From positions 15,249 through 79,248 of IMG/VR virus record IMGVR_UViG_3300005077_000007: a stretch of 64,000 nucleotides of DNA; one strand, 5' to 3'. Position 1 is the first letter of the stretch. Each line of letters starts with the position of its first letter. The translations under genes and the position numbers were made by a program. The notes under the pieces are model-generated. The model made no database searches and was not told the origin of the DNA. It worked only from the letters and a program-made list of their open reading frames with translations. Source of the DNA: a virus. Shown here piece by piece: positions 56,481 through 64,000 of the stretch.

Positions 56481-56958
56481 CTTCGTTTCCAATGGCTAGA
56501 ATGTTCCATAGCACGGCAATCAAGGCTGGGTTCCTTTTGGAATCTGGCCTTTTGCCGTTTAACCTAGAAGGAATCGATGCTTCCAATAGTAACGATTGTC
56601 GCCAGTGTGACGTTTGTTTCGATTCTGAGTTGGCTAACGTGGCCGAAAGCCACGCGAACGGAACGGCTACGGAAGGCCGTTCAAAAGGGAATGAAGAATG
56701 TGTAAGGAACGGAACACGGTTCGATGGTCATTCGTTGCGAATGATGGTTCCCACGATGGTAAGGGAACACTTGCCCAAGCTATCTTCGCTTATCTTGAAT
56801 ACCTCTCAAAAGATTTGCAACAATTTCAGGTGTGGTGCGGCAAATGCGGCGAATCCCTCGTCTAACTGGATTTGCCGTGGTTTTGGTGACCGCAATCATC
56901 GTGATTGTTTGCGGCCTAGTTGTTGTAACATTCCCACAAGTGAAGGGACAAAGATAAA

Positions 56959-57120
56959 ATGACAGTCAGTGAACGCTTGGATTGTCTGTCCGCTTACGAA
57001 AAGAGAATCAAAGGCCGCCTGAAAAAGGCCAAGCGGCCTTTTGAGCGCCGCCTTTTGAGGGAAAAGATCGAAACGCTTCGTCAGGAGCGTTTCTTCATTT
57101 CCAAGGGCCTGATTTTCTAG
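56959..57120 (+). CDS. Small basic protein (53 aa, not in the ORF track)
   Basis: MTVSERLDCL...; SD AAGGG. Confidence 0.4.
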   Translation: MTVSERLDCLSAYEKRIKGRLKKAKRPFERRLLREKIETLRQERFFISKGLIF

Positions 57121-57204
57121 ATTGGTGATGGCTCCGGTATAGTGCGATTATACCGGAGTAAACCGCAATCGTGGTCCAAAGCCCACGGGAAAGGAAAGAA
57201 TCGA

Positions 57205-57438
57205 ATGGCCGAATCGAAAGATCGTTGGAAGGAATGGATGGATTACTCTCAGGGGTTCTCCGTCATTTACCCGGCGACGGCCGAATTGTTGGATACGTTC
57301 TGCGAATTGTATCCAAACGATTCACAGGCAGATCGTTACTCGAAAATGACGGATCTGCTCAGTCAGGCTGAAAACGACGGATTGATTTCGCGGAATGAAA
57401 AGAACATCATCCGCGAGCAAATCGCCGAATACCTCTAG
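57205..57438 (+). CDS. Small hypothetical protein
   Basis: SD AAGGA before MAESK. Confidence 0.55.
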   Translation: MAESKDRWKEWMDYSQGFSVIYPATAELLDTFCELYPNDSQADRYSKMTDLLSQAENDGLISRNEKNIIREQIAEYL

Positions 57439-57446
57439 GAGGAAAA

Positions 57447-57617
57447 ATGTTCGAGGGTTTAAGTGGTTATTGGGTTCCACCGGCGAAACCCGTAAATGGG
57501 GTTTGCACGGCGGGAATCCTAATCCTTCCGTTCGTCCATGCCAATCGGGCAGAAGCAATGCGGGTTTTCGTGATCGAAGATCGAAACGGAAACTGGCAGA
57601 AAGTAGCAGTGAATTGA
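57447..57617 (+). CDS. Small hypothetical protein (56 aa, not in the ORF track)
   Basis: SD AGGAGG; TGATG coupling to the next gene. Confidence 0.55.
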   Translation: MFEGLSGYWVPPAKPVNGVCTAGILILPFVHANRAEAMRVFVIEDRNGNWQKVAVN

Positions 57618-57820
57618 TGGAAAACGACGGATTCGTTTTGTCGTTTGCTTCATTTGGATATTCCAAATGGGGTTTCGAAAGCTTCGAGGAAGCGAAAGCC
57701 TACGGAGTAAAGGCCGGGTTTTCGTTTTCCTTATGGTCCGCAGACCACGCGGACAACGCGGACGTTTCGTTGAAATTGGTTGGGACGTGGCATCCAATCA
57801 ATGGTTGGAGCCATGAGTAA
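57617..57820 (+). CDS. Small hypothetical protein
   Basis: Coupled start. Confidence 0.5.
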   Translation: MENDGFVLSFASFGYSKWGFESFEEAKAYGVKAGFSFSLWSADHADNADVSLKLVGTWHPINGWSHE

Positions 57821-58418
57821 TCATCCATTCGTAACCACGAAGTTTACGGTTGACCAAATCTGCGATATTCTCGCAGACAAGGTTTCTACAATCAAAAATT
57901 CGCGGCTCGAACATTCTTATTACGGCCGAATGGAATACGTCAAGGAATTCGGTTGGGCGATCCCCGATGTTGATTCAATTTTTGGCATCGCGGAGTTTGC
58001 AACGAATGGTTTTGTGGAAGATACCACAATTCTTGAAATCAATGCCGGTAAGGGATTGTGGGCGTATCTTCTACAACTTGCGCTTGTTCCAGTCATTCCA
58101 ACGGATTCCAATCCGTGGAAAGACTCGTTTACTCGCATCGAAAAGATGGACGCGGCAAGCGCCGTTCATCGTTTCAAGCCAAAGATCCTCATGACGATTT
58201 GGCCGTCGTATGACGAAAGTTATGCGACGGTCGCGCTGTATGATTTTCTTCGTTTCGGCGGGGAAAAGCTAATTTATGTCGGCGAATCAGAAGGTGGATG
58301 CACCGCTGATCGTCGATTCCACGAAATCCTCGATAAGGATTTTACCGTAGAGCGGGTTATTTATAATCCCTGCTTCAGCGGGATCTACGATTCCGTTACG
58401 CTCTACGAAAGGAAATGA
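57813..58418 (+). CDS. Class I SAM-dependent methyltransferase-like protein
   Basis: LEINAGKGLWA motif I, TD, IWP, LIYVGESEGGCT. Confidence 0.65.
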   Translation: MSNHPFVTTKFTVDQICDILADKVSTIKNSRLEHSYYGRMEYVKEFGWAIPDVDSIFGIAEFATNGFVEDTTILEINAGKGLWAYLLQLALVPVIPTDSNPWKDSFTRIEKMDAASAVHRFKPKILMTIWPSYDESYATVALYDFLRFGGEKLIYVGESEGGCTADRRFHEILDKDFTVERVIYNPCFSGIYDSVTLYERK

Positions 58419-58424
58419 GGAAAA

Positions 58425-58694
58425 ATGCTAAGGTATAAATTCAAACCTCGCCCAAGAGATACCTGGTTTATCCGGTATCTTTTCGTGCCTTTCATGAATA
58501 CCCTGCCAATTCGATACTGGCAGGGGTTCTTCTATCGTGGGAATTGGGCTGGTAGATTGCAACAGAAACTCTTTCGACGCGGAATGTATTTCATTCTTGC
58601 AGCGGAAGAGGCTCGTTTCATTCGGAAGGAAACCAGGCCGTCGAATACCGTGATTCGGATGGTCTATTACATCACAATGCCTTACGGAAGTTAG
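58425..58694 (+). CDS. Hypothetical protein
   Basis: SD GAGG. Confidence 0.45.
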   Translation: MLRYKFKPRPRDTWFIRYLFVPFMNTLPIRYWQGFFYRGNWAGRLQQKLFRRGMYFILAAEEARFIRKETRPSNTVIRMVYYITMPYGS

Positions 58695-58704
58695 GGGAAA
58701 ATTC

Positions 58705-58935
58705 ATGAAGATTTGCGGCTGTTACCCTGATGAAATTTGCGATTGCGTCGAACGGCGCGATTGCGAAAAGGCCGGAACGATGGGGCATAAATTCTGTGGC
58801 CCATGCGTCCATAATCCGCAATTGCCCAAATTCATGTGTGGCGATTGCTGCAAAACGGATAACCTTATGGAAGTGTTATTCCATGAGGAGGTTATGGCCG
58901 AACTTAGGGAAAAGTTTCCCGAGGATTTGGAATAA
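58705..58935 (+). CDS. Cys-rich small protein
   Basis: Ten Cys residues; coupled stop and start. Confidence 0.5.
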   Translation: MKICGCYPDEICDCVERRDCEKAGTMGHKFCGPCVHNPQLPKFMCGDCCKTDNLMEVLFHEEVMAELREKFPEDLE

Positions 58936-59381
58936 TGCAATTCCAAGATTGGAAAACTGCGAGAAATTATATTCTCGCTGGACATGGAACGATAACCGTT
59001 TGTTCCAAAAAGACTGGACAGCGGTTTACGTTCAAATGCGGGATGCCGAAAGAAAAAACGACATTCTCGCCTATCTTTGTTAAGGTTTTGACCGGAACGG
59101 ATAATGAATCCGATTATTCGTTCCTTGGAACCTTGTTTCCCGAAACGCCAACCTATCCAGAATCAACATTTCGGCTTTCCCCTAAGTCTCGAATCTCGAA
59201 AGATTCCCCTTCAGCCGTCGCGGCGGTTTGGTTTTTTACCGCTGTGGCGAAAGATAAAGATATTCTCGAATCCGCCACCGTATATCATTCCGGTCAGTGC
59301 GGCCGTTGCGGCCGTAAACTTACTGTACCGGAATCAATCGAATCCGGAATTGGGCCGGAGTGTGCGAAAAAGCAAAACTAA
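58935..59381 (+). CDS. DUF6011-like zinc-finger protein
   Basis: CGRCGRKLTVPESIESGIGPEC. Confidence 0.7.
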   Translation: MQFQDWKTARNYILAGHGTITVCSKKTGQRFTFKCGMPKEKTTFSPIFVKVLTGTDNESDYSFLGTLFPETPTYPESTFRLSPKSRISKDSPSAVAAVWFFTAVAKDKDILESATVYHSGQCGRCGRKLTVPESIESGIGPECAKKQN

Positions 59382-59391
59382 GGAGCATACT

Positions 59392-59613
59392 ATGCACGCA
59401 ACTGATTTTGAAGCTGTAATTTATAACGGAAATATATACTGTACGGAATGTTTGCCAATTGGCATTTACGTTGACGATGACGATGTAATTCCCATTTTCT
59501 CTTGTATGGAATGGAGCCAGCCCGGCGTTATCTGCGATACGTGCGGATATTTGCACGATTATATGATGCTGCTAGATTCGGAATCTCATTCGGTAGAAAT
59601 GGAGGATGAATAA
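59392..59613 (+). CDS. Small Cys4 protein
   Basis: CTEC..CDTC; SD AAGGAG. Confidence 0.55.
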   Translation: MHATDFEAVIYNGNIYCTECLPIGIYVDDDDVIPIFSCMEWSQPGVICDTCGYLHDYMMLLDSESHSVEMEDE

Positions 59614-59676
59614 ACAACAACGATTGGAAGGCGTAATTGATTCTAGTCATGACTGACCTGGGTAAAAAACAATTTG

Positions 59677-59713
59677 GGGTGGCGCATGGGAAACCATGCG
59701 CTATCCCATTTGT
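59677..59713 (+). terminator. Terminator hairpin with GAAA tetraloop
   Basis: GGGTGGCGCATGG-GAAA-CCATGCGCTATCC then ATTTGTT. Confidence 0.7.
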
Positions 59714-59833
59714 TACGAAACATGATTTCGTAAACGCTAATTGCGAAAGCGACGGAAGGTGTTTCGGCGGAAACTGGACGTTGCGTCAAGATATTGCCGA
59801 TCGTCAATATACTGACAGAGCGCCCCGAATCCC

Positions 59834-59859
59834 TAAGTTATTGAAATTGTTAGGGAAAT
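59834..59859 (+). promoter_or_regulatory. IHF-like box shared with 55344
   Basis: TAAGTTATTGAAATTGTTAGGGAAAT; TAA-N4-TTGA is close to the reverse IHF consensus. Confidence 0.5.
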
Positions 59860-59956
59860 TCCGCAGACCGTGTGGCCGGCGGAAAATTGGCGTTAAAAAG
59901 TTGACGTTCGCAGACATTTCGGCGAGAAAACGGCCGATTTGCAAGCGGATATCATG

Positions 59957-59972
59957 TGGCACGCTACTTGCA
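59957..59972 (+). promoter_or_regulatory. Sigma-54 (-24/-12) promoter
   Basis: TGGCACG-CTAC-TTGCA, about 77 nt before the ATG at 60049. Confidence 0.8.
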
Positions 59973-60048
59973 TACTAGGATGGTTCGGCATTGTTGCGTC
60001 AAATGCTTGGGATTTGTTCCCAACGAAACGAAAGGTCAAAATAAGGGA

Positions 60049-61827
60049 ATGAAAACGCAAAAAGCCATCGGTACTAACCGGTTAAAGCAAAGTTTGCAGT
60101 ACGCCACTATGTGGGCGCCGTGCGCTGTCCCCGATTTCGTTACATTCGACTCGCCGAGCGACGAAATCGCGCAAACGTTTTTCGTCGATACCCAAAGTTC
60201 CGGGGATAAAGTTTTTGGGCGTCCATGCCCAAAGAACCCTAGGCATGGATTCGTCGAATCCCGTGTATTGAATACATGGGAAGAGGCAGTTTCGTTGCTG
60301 GAAGAAACTCTCGCCGCCGACCCAGACGGCGAGGTTATGTTAATTTCAGCAATAGAATCAAAGTTTTCAGCCGTAGTCTCTGATCGGATTACGGTTGGAA
60401 TAAACAATGACGGCGCGACAGCGGGTTATGGAAACCCGCTGGAAATTTATACAAATGGCGTAGCCCGTTCTCCGTGGTTTGATGACGTTGGCATCCCGGA
60501 AGGGAACGCCGCTTTTCTGGAATTTGTTTATGGCCGCAAGAATCGTTACGGTTCGCAAACGCGAACATATGCGGTGCAATGCCGAGCCGGTGAGCATCTG
60601 CCGCGCAAACCTGATGCTATCTTTGAGGATATGGTTATCACGCAAATCCTCGAACCATTGCCAAAGGAAAACCCTGAAGCAATGCCCGAGTGGGAACGGC
60701 GTATGCAATCGCTTCCAAGGGATAAAACGGGAATTGCCGTTTACGTCGAGGAAGGTTCCCTTTCATCCCATGCGGCCGTACAGGCAATTAAGCATGGGGT
60801 TCGAGCCGTTTTCACAACTCGTAAGCCAAAAATCGGCGAGGCGATTGTGAAAAATGAAGAAGAATCGGTAGACCTACACAACGATATTATGCGTGGAATG
60901 GGATATTCCACGATAACGTCGGAATCGGACGGGTATCTATTCGATATCCGTGCCGGATTGATTATAGCACTTATGGGTGCTCACAACGCGAATTATATTA
61001 CGAAAACCCCAGAGGGTGCTTTTCTTTTCGGGGTTGGCGTAATGACTACGATTCGGGCGGCGGCGACCGCCTGTTTCGGTGAATTTCGACATTGGAAACG
61101 AATCGCCCGTACCGATTTTGCCAATATGGCGGGTCGGTCCCGAGATTCGATTTTCGATAGGGTTAGGCCCTGGGAAATCACGCTTTTGGTTACCGCATTA
61201 CGGCAGGCTGGGAAGGCCTTTCATTCTAAAGGCTGGAATCAGTCGTATGGTGGCAAGGCATGGTATAATTGTTACCTTGCTACCGTTGATTTGGCGGCAG
61301 CAACGAGCGAGTATCAGGATTCGCCTACTACGGCAAATCTCGCAAAGGTTGTCGGAAAATTGCACATTCTGTTCAATACTTGCCACAATGGCGGGCCGGT
61401 ATTGACAAAGTTCCTTGACGTTACTCTTTTCGATTACTTCGCAAAGGGCAACGTGAAAGCTAACGCCAACGCCATTGCGGCGATTTTCGTTTTGCTTGAC
61501 AGGCTCGATTACTTTCGTCCCGAATCACACCTTCGATGCGAAGCGGTTCGGAAGTATTGGCGGGTTGAGCAATCGTTGAAGTATCGGGTTCGGTTGTCGT
61601 GGACGTATAATTCCGACAAGGATAAGTACGACTACGCCGCAGTTGTATACGCGAAATTCGGCGCTACGATTGTTAAGTCGTATATACTGTGGAATAACGC
61701 CGCCCTTATCGCGGCGTTACATAAGATGCCAAATCCGTCAAAAGGAAAGATCGTGAAGAATAAATATGGGGTTTTGATTTTTGGGAATGAAATCATCGGA
61801 ACAGTAAAAGGATTATTTGGAGAATGA
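60049..61827 (+). CDS. Dikinase-like protein: ATP-grasp-like N-terminus, phosphohistidine swivel domain, unknown C-terminal domain
   Basis: QKAIG..VPDF and FGRPCP..GFVESR resemble the PPDK/PEPS N-terminus; GSLSSHAA..AIKHGV is the PEP-utiliser mobile motif (His codon 60769). Confidence 0.65.
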   Translation: MKTQKAIGTNRLKQSLQYATMWAPCAVPDFVTFDSPSDEIAQTFFVDTQSSGDKVFGRPCPKNPRHGFVESRVLNTWEEAVSLLEETLAADPDGEVMLISAIESKFSAVVSDRITVGINNDGATAGYGNPLEIYTNGVARSPWFDDVGIPEGNAAFLEFVYGRKNRYGSQTRTYAVQCRAGEHLPRKPDAIFEDMVITQILEPLPKENPEAMPEWERRMQSLPRDKTGIAVYVEEGSLSSHAAVQAIKHGVRAVFTTRKPKIGEAIVKNEEESVDLHNDIMRGMGYSTITSESDGYLFDIRAGLIIALMGAHNANYITKTPEGAFLFGVGVMTTIRAAATACFGEFRHWKRIARTDFANMAGRSRDSIFDRVRPWEITLLVTALRQAGKAFHSKGWNQSYGGKAWYNCYLATVDLAAATSEYQDSPTTANLAKVVGKLHILFNTCHNGGPVLTKFLDVTLFDYFAKGNVKANANAIAAIFVLLDRLDYFRPESHLRCEAVRKYWRVEQSLKYRVRLSWTYNSDKDKYDYAAVVYAKFGATIVKSYILWNNAALIAALHKMPNPSKGKIVKNKYGVLIFGNEIIGTVKGLFGE

Positions 61828-62441
61828 CCTTGATTCCAGAAGTAGAGGCGAATGAAACGATAATACGGCAAATTATGAGAGAGAGATTTGATCCGAAGCC
61901 GTATATTCCGTTTTGCAACCATCTACCGAGGATGCTATTCACGGTAAACGGAACGGATTTGTATATCGGACACCGGACGGAATCGGTATTCGATAACTTT
62001 AACCTCAATCTCATTATTGATTGCAGTAATGAGAAGAGGTATGATCCTGACGATGGATTCTTTGGTGGAAACTTTGCGTTTCCAAGGATGGAAGAATACG
62101 TGATTCCACGTCCAAAGGTTTTGACAATGGCGTGGCACGATTTTCATGTGCCACCGATAGGTATAAAATTCTGGTATGCCCTGGTAAAAGAAATTAAAGG
62201 TCAATCCGTCGCAATTGTTTGCAGTGGCGGGCACGGGCGAAGCGGAACGGCTCTCGCCTGTGTTCTTGCGGCAATGGGAATTCGAAATCCAGTTCAACTT
62301 ATCCGTAACCACTACTGCAAAAAGGCGGTAGAAACGACGGCGCAAGAAAATTATGTAAACAACGTATTGAAATTTGCACCGAAAAAGGCAAGACCGACGC
62401 TCGTGATACATGAGATTCAAAACACGCAACGTCTACCATAA
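61824..62441 (+). CDS. Protein-tyrosine/dual-specificity phosphatase (CX5R)
   Basis: WHDFHVP acid loop, VCSGGHGRSGT, VETTAQ. Confidence 0.85.
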   Translation: MTLIPEVEANETIIRQIMRERFDPKPYIPFCNHLPRMLFTVNGTDLYIGHRTESVFDNFNLNLIIDCSNEKRYDPDDGFFGGNFAFPRMEEYVIPRPKVLTMAWHDFHVPPIGIKFWYALVKEIKGQSVAIVCSGGHGRSGTALACVLAAMGIRNPVQLIRNHYCKKAVETTAQENYVNNVLKFAPKKARPTLVIHEIQNTQRLP

Positions 62442-62601
62442 AAATGAGAAAGGGGATATCATGCGTTACGCATACCGTACTATATGATATGGGCGAAGGT
62501 GGCAATGAGGTTCGCCGCACAGCGGGATTGGGCTAATACCCCATAGTTGCTGATTGCGTAAGTCGCCCAATATTCTATATATCATCCGCCAAAAGCAGAT
62601 G

Positions 62602-62623
62602 GGGCTGGCCGAAAGGCCAGCTT
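62602..62623 (+). terminator. GNRA hairpin, possible terminator
   Basis: GGCTGGCC-GAAA-GGCCAGCT; weak U tract. Confidence 0.45.
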
Positions 62624-62674
62624 AATGCTCCAATCGAATATCCAAAGGATCGATTGGCGGGAAAGGGGAATAGA

Positions 62675-62890
62675 ATGGCGTATAAACGTTTTCTAGTGTT
62701 TGGGTACGATAATTATTATCCGGCTGGTGGCAGTAACGACGTTGTGGTATCAACAGATACGTTGGATGAAGCCGAGGATTTTATCCGTCAAATGACTCAT
62801 GGATTCGATTACTTCGATATCCTAGACATGGAAACCCGCAAATGGGTCTATGGATCAATGGGAAAGGACGCGATATGGAAAAAGTCGTAG
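62675..62890 (+). CDS. Small phage protein (YYPxGG motif)
   Basis: FLVFGYDNYYPAGG; SD AGGGG. Confidence 0.6.
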   Translation: MAYKRFLVFGYDNYYPAGGSNDVVVSTDTLDEAEDFIRQMTHGFDYFDILDMETRKWVYGSMGKDAIWKKS

Positions 62891-63291
62891 ACATCAATAC
62901 GAAACTCTCTCGTAGCCACAAAGAAGTGAAAGAAATCTTGGAAGATATGTTTTCGAGAGAGGTGAGATTCCCTCAAGCTATCGAATGTATTCGAAACCGG
63001 AAATGGCCGTTAGGTCAACCAATGTCCGATGATGAAGTTCTTGAGTTAACGAAAGATTTGGATTTAAACGGAGCATTCATTTGTTACCCAGGGGCATTTA
63101 AGGCCCTTTGGGCGGATCTCCGTAACCTTTTTGCCCGCCGATGTAATGCGTGCGAACGAAAACATCGCGGAAATCTTATTATTGAACACCCTGGAGGTGG
63201 TGGTTTGTATTGCTATTACGGATGGACAAGGAACCATCCGTTTCGCGCGTTCTGGTGTCGCTTTTGGCACGGCCCAATTATTAATAGGTGA
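62842..63291 (+). CDS. Hypothetical protein
   Basis: Co-oriented; the start may be 62872. Confidence 0.5.
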   Translation: MGLWINGKGRDMEKVVDINTKLSRSHKEVKEILEDMFSREVRFPQAIECIRNRKWPLGQPMSDDEVLELTKDLDLNGAFICYPGAFKALWADLRNLFARRCNACERKHRGNLIIEHPGGGGLYCYYGWTRNHPFRAFWCRFWHGPIINR

Positions 63292-63747
63292 TTGATGAAT
63301 AGAATTGAAAAGATCATCAGGAAACGTCTCCTCAAGTCTGGTTATAACCAGAAAGAGATTGATATTATTATGGGGGTGCCAATTCCCATTGAAAATATCG
63401 GCGTAACCCATATTACGAGTTTTGGGTTTCGGTATGGCAAGCCAGTGGAAAAGGGAGCGATGATTATCGACGTGCGGACGCATTTTAAGCGTAACCCGTA
63501 CCATGATCCAACGCTTCGCCATTTGCGCGGAACGGATGCTGCTGTCGCTACCGACATTTTGCAAACTCCAAACTTTGCAGAATCTTACTACCGGCTATTT
63601 CGAATGGTTGCAACATTCAATGGTCCAGTATATCTCGGATGTACTGGTGGTCATCACCGTTCTGTATATTTGGCGGAACGGATTGGTAGGGAATTGAATG
63701 TCCCAGTTTCGCATCGGGATATCGAAAGGACAAAAAATGGGATGTGA
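63292..63747 (+). CDS. Stand-alone RapZ/YhbJ C-terminal-domain protein
   Basis: SFGFRYGKP, IDVR, NPYHDPTLRHLRG, GCTGGHHRSV. Confidence 0.85.
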   Translation: MMNRIEKIIRKRLLKSGYNQKEIDIIMGVPIPIENIGVTHITSFGFRYGKPVEKGAMIIDVRTHFKRNPYHDPTLRHLRGTDAAVATDILQTPNFAESYYRLFRMVATFNGPVYLGCTGGHHRSVYLAERIGRELNVPVSHRDIERTKNGM

Positions 63748-64000
63748 TTTAAAAGTTCTTCCACTAGATGAGTGGATGAAACATCTCAAGGAAGATGATT
63801 TCCTGAATGAAGGTTTGCTTGAATATGAGAAGATGGAACCGGTTATTCGTAAGAATAACCAGTATTATTCCCGCATCTATGACAGATGGTGGTTTGAAGT
63901 AGACGGAAAAGCCTATGCCGATAATAACGGCAGAGGGAAAATGATGTTTTTGTATCAGCTAGATCTGCTTAATGCCGCAGCATTGACCACAGAAGAAAAA
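63737..64000 (+). CDS. Hypothetical protein, truncated at the window edge
   Basis: Open frame from ATG at 63737 to base 64000. Confidence 0.5.
   Translation, partial: MGCDLKVLPLDEWMKHLKEDDFLNEGLLEYEKMEPVIRKNNQYYSRIYDRWWFEVDGKAYADNNGRGKMMFLYQLDLLNAAALTTEEK

Noticed and set aside
56492-56962. 156-aa ORF in the early region
   Set aside because: No SD or recognisable motif and unusual composition; may be non-coding, so it was not called.
60049-61827. Auxiliary metabolic pyruvate phosphate dikinase
   Set aside because: Too short and lacks the C-terminal PEP/pyruvate TIM barrel.
1-64000. tRNA genes, stop-codon reassignment, integrase, lysis cassette, small terminase
   Set aside because: No cloverleaf seen by eye; long genes are intact under the standard code; no matching motifs in this window, though these genes may lie outside it.

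Overview
Fragment of a large tailed-phage genome, probably a siphovirus: HK97-type head, tail-tube genes, and no sheath gene seen. Bases 1-33.5 kb are a minus-strand morphogenesis operon running from an intein-containing TerL through portal, protease, capsid, neck, two tail-tube paralogues, frameshifted tail chaperones, a 2830-aa tape measure and tail-tip proteins. It ends in a signal-peptide-bearing LamG/PKD/SGNH protein of at least 1396 aa that runs off the left edge and is missing from the ORF track. Bases 33.5-55 kb are plus-strand replication, nucleotide-metabolism and accessory genes: DnaG core, PD-(D/E)XK nuclease, prim-pol with a CHC2 finger, HNH, deaminase, MazG, phosphoesterase, an intein-containing C5 methyltransferase, secreted Cys/Thr-Pro-rich proteins, and a GC-rich mosaic gene array. 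At about 55.15-55.5 kb a non-coding, repeat-rich control region precedes a plus-strand early-like region. The strongest unusual signals are four. (1) Three perfect sigma-54 (-24/-12) promoter matches, all intergenic, two with matching IHF-like upstream boxes. (2) A dikinase-like phosphohistidine protein coupled to a CX5R phosphatase, with a stand-alone RapZ C-terminal domain nearby. (3) A phage secretome that includes dockerin-like and possibly cohesin-like proteins. (4) Tandem HEXXH metalloprotease domains inside the tape measure protein. No tRNA, CRISPR array, integrase, lysis gene or small terminase was recognised. All family assignments are from motif recognition by eye, not database searches.
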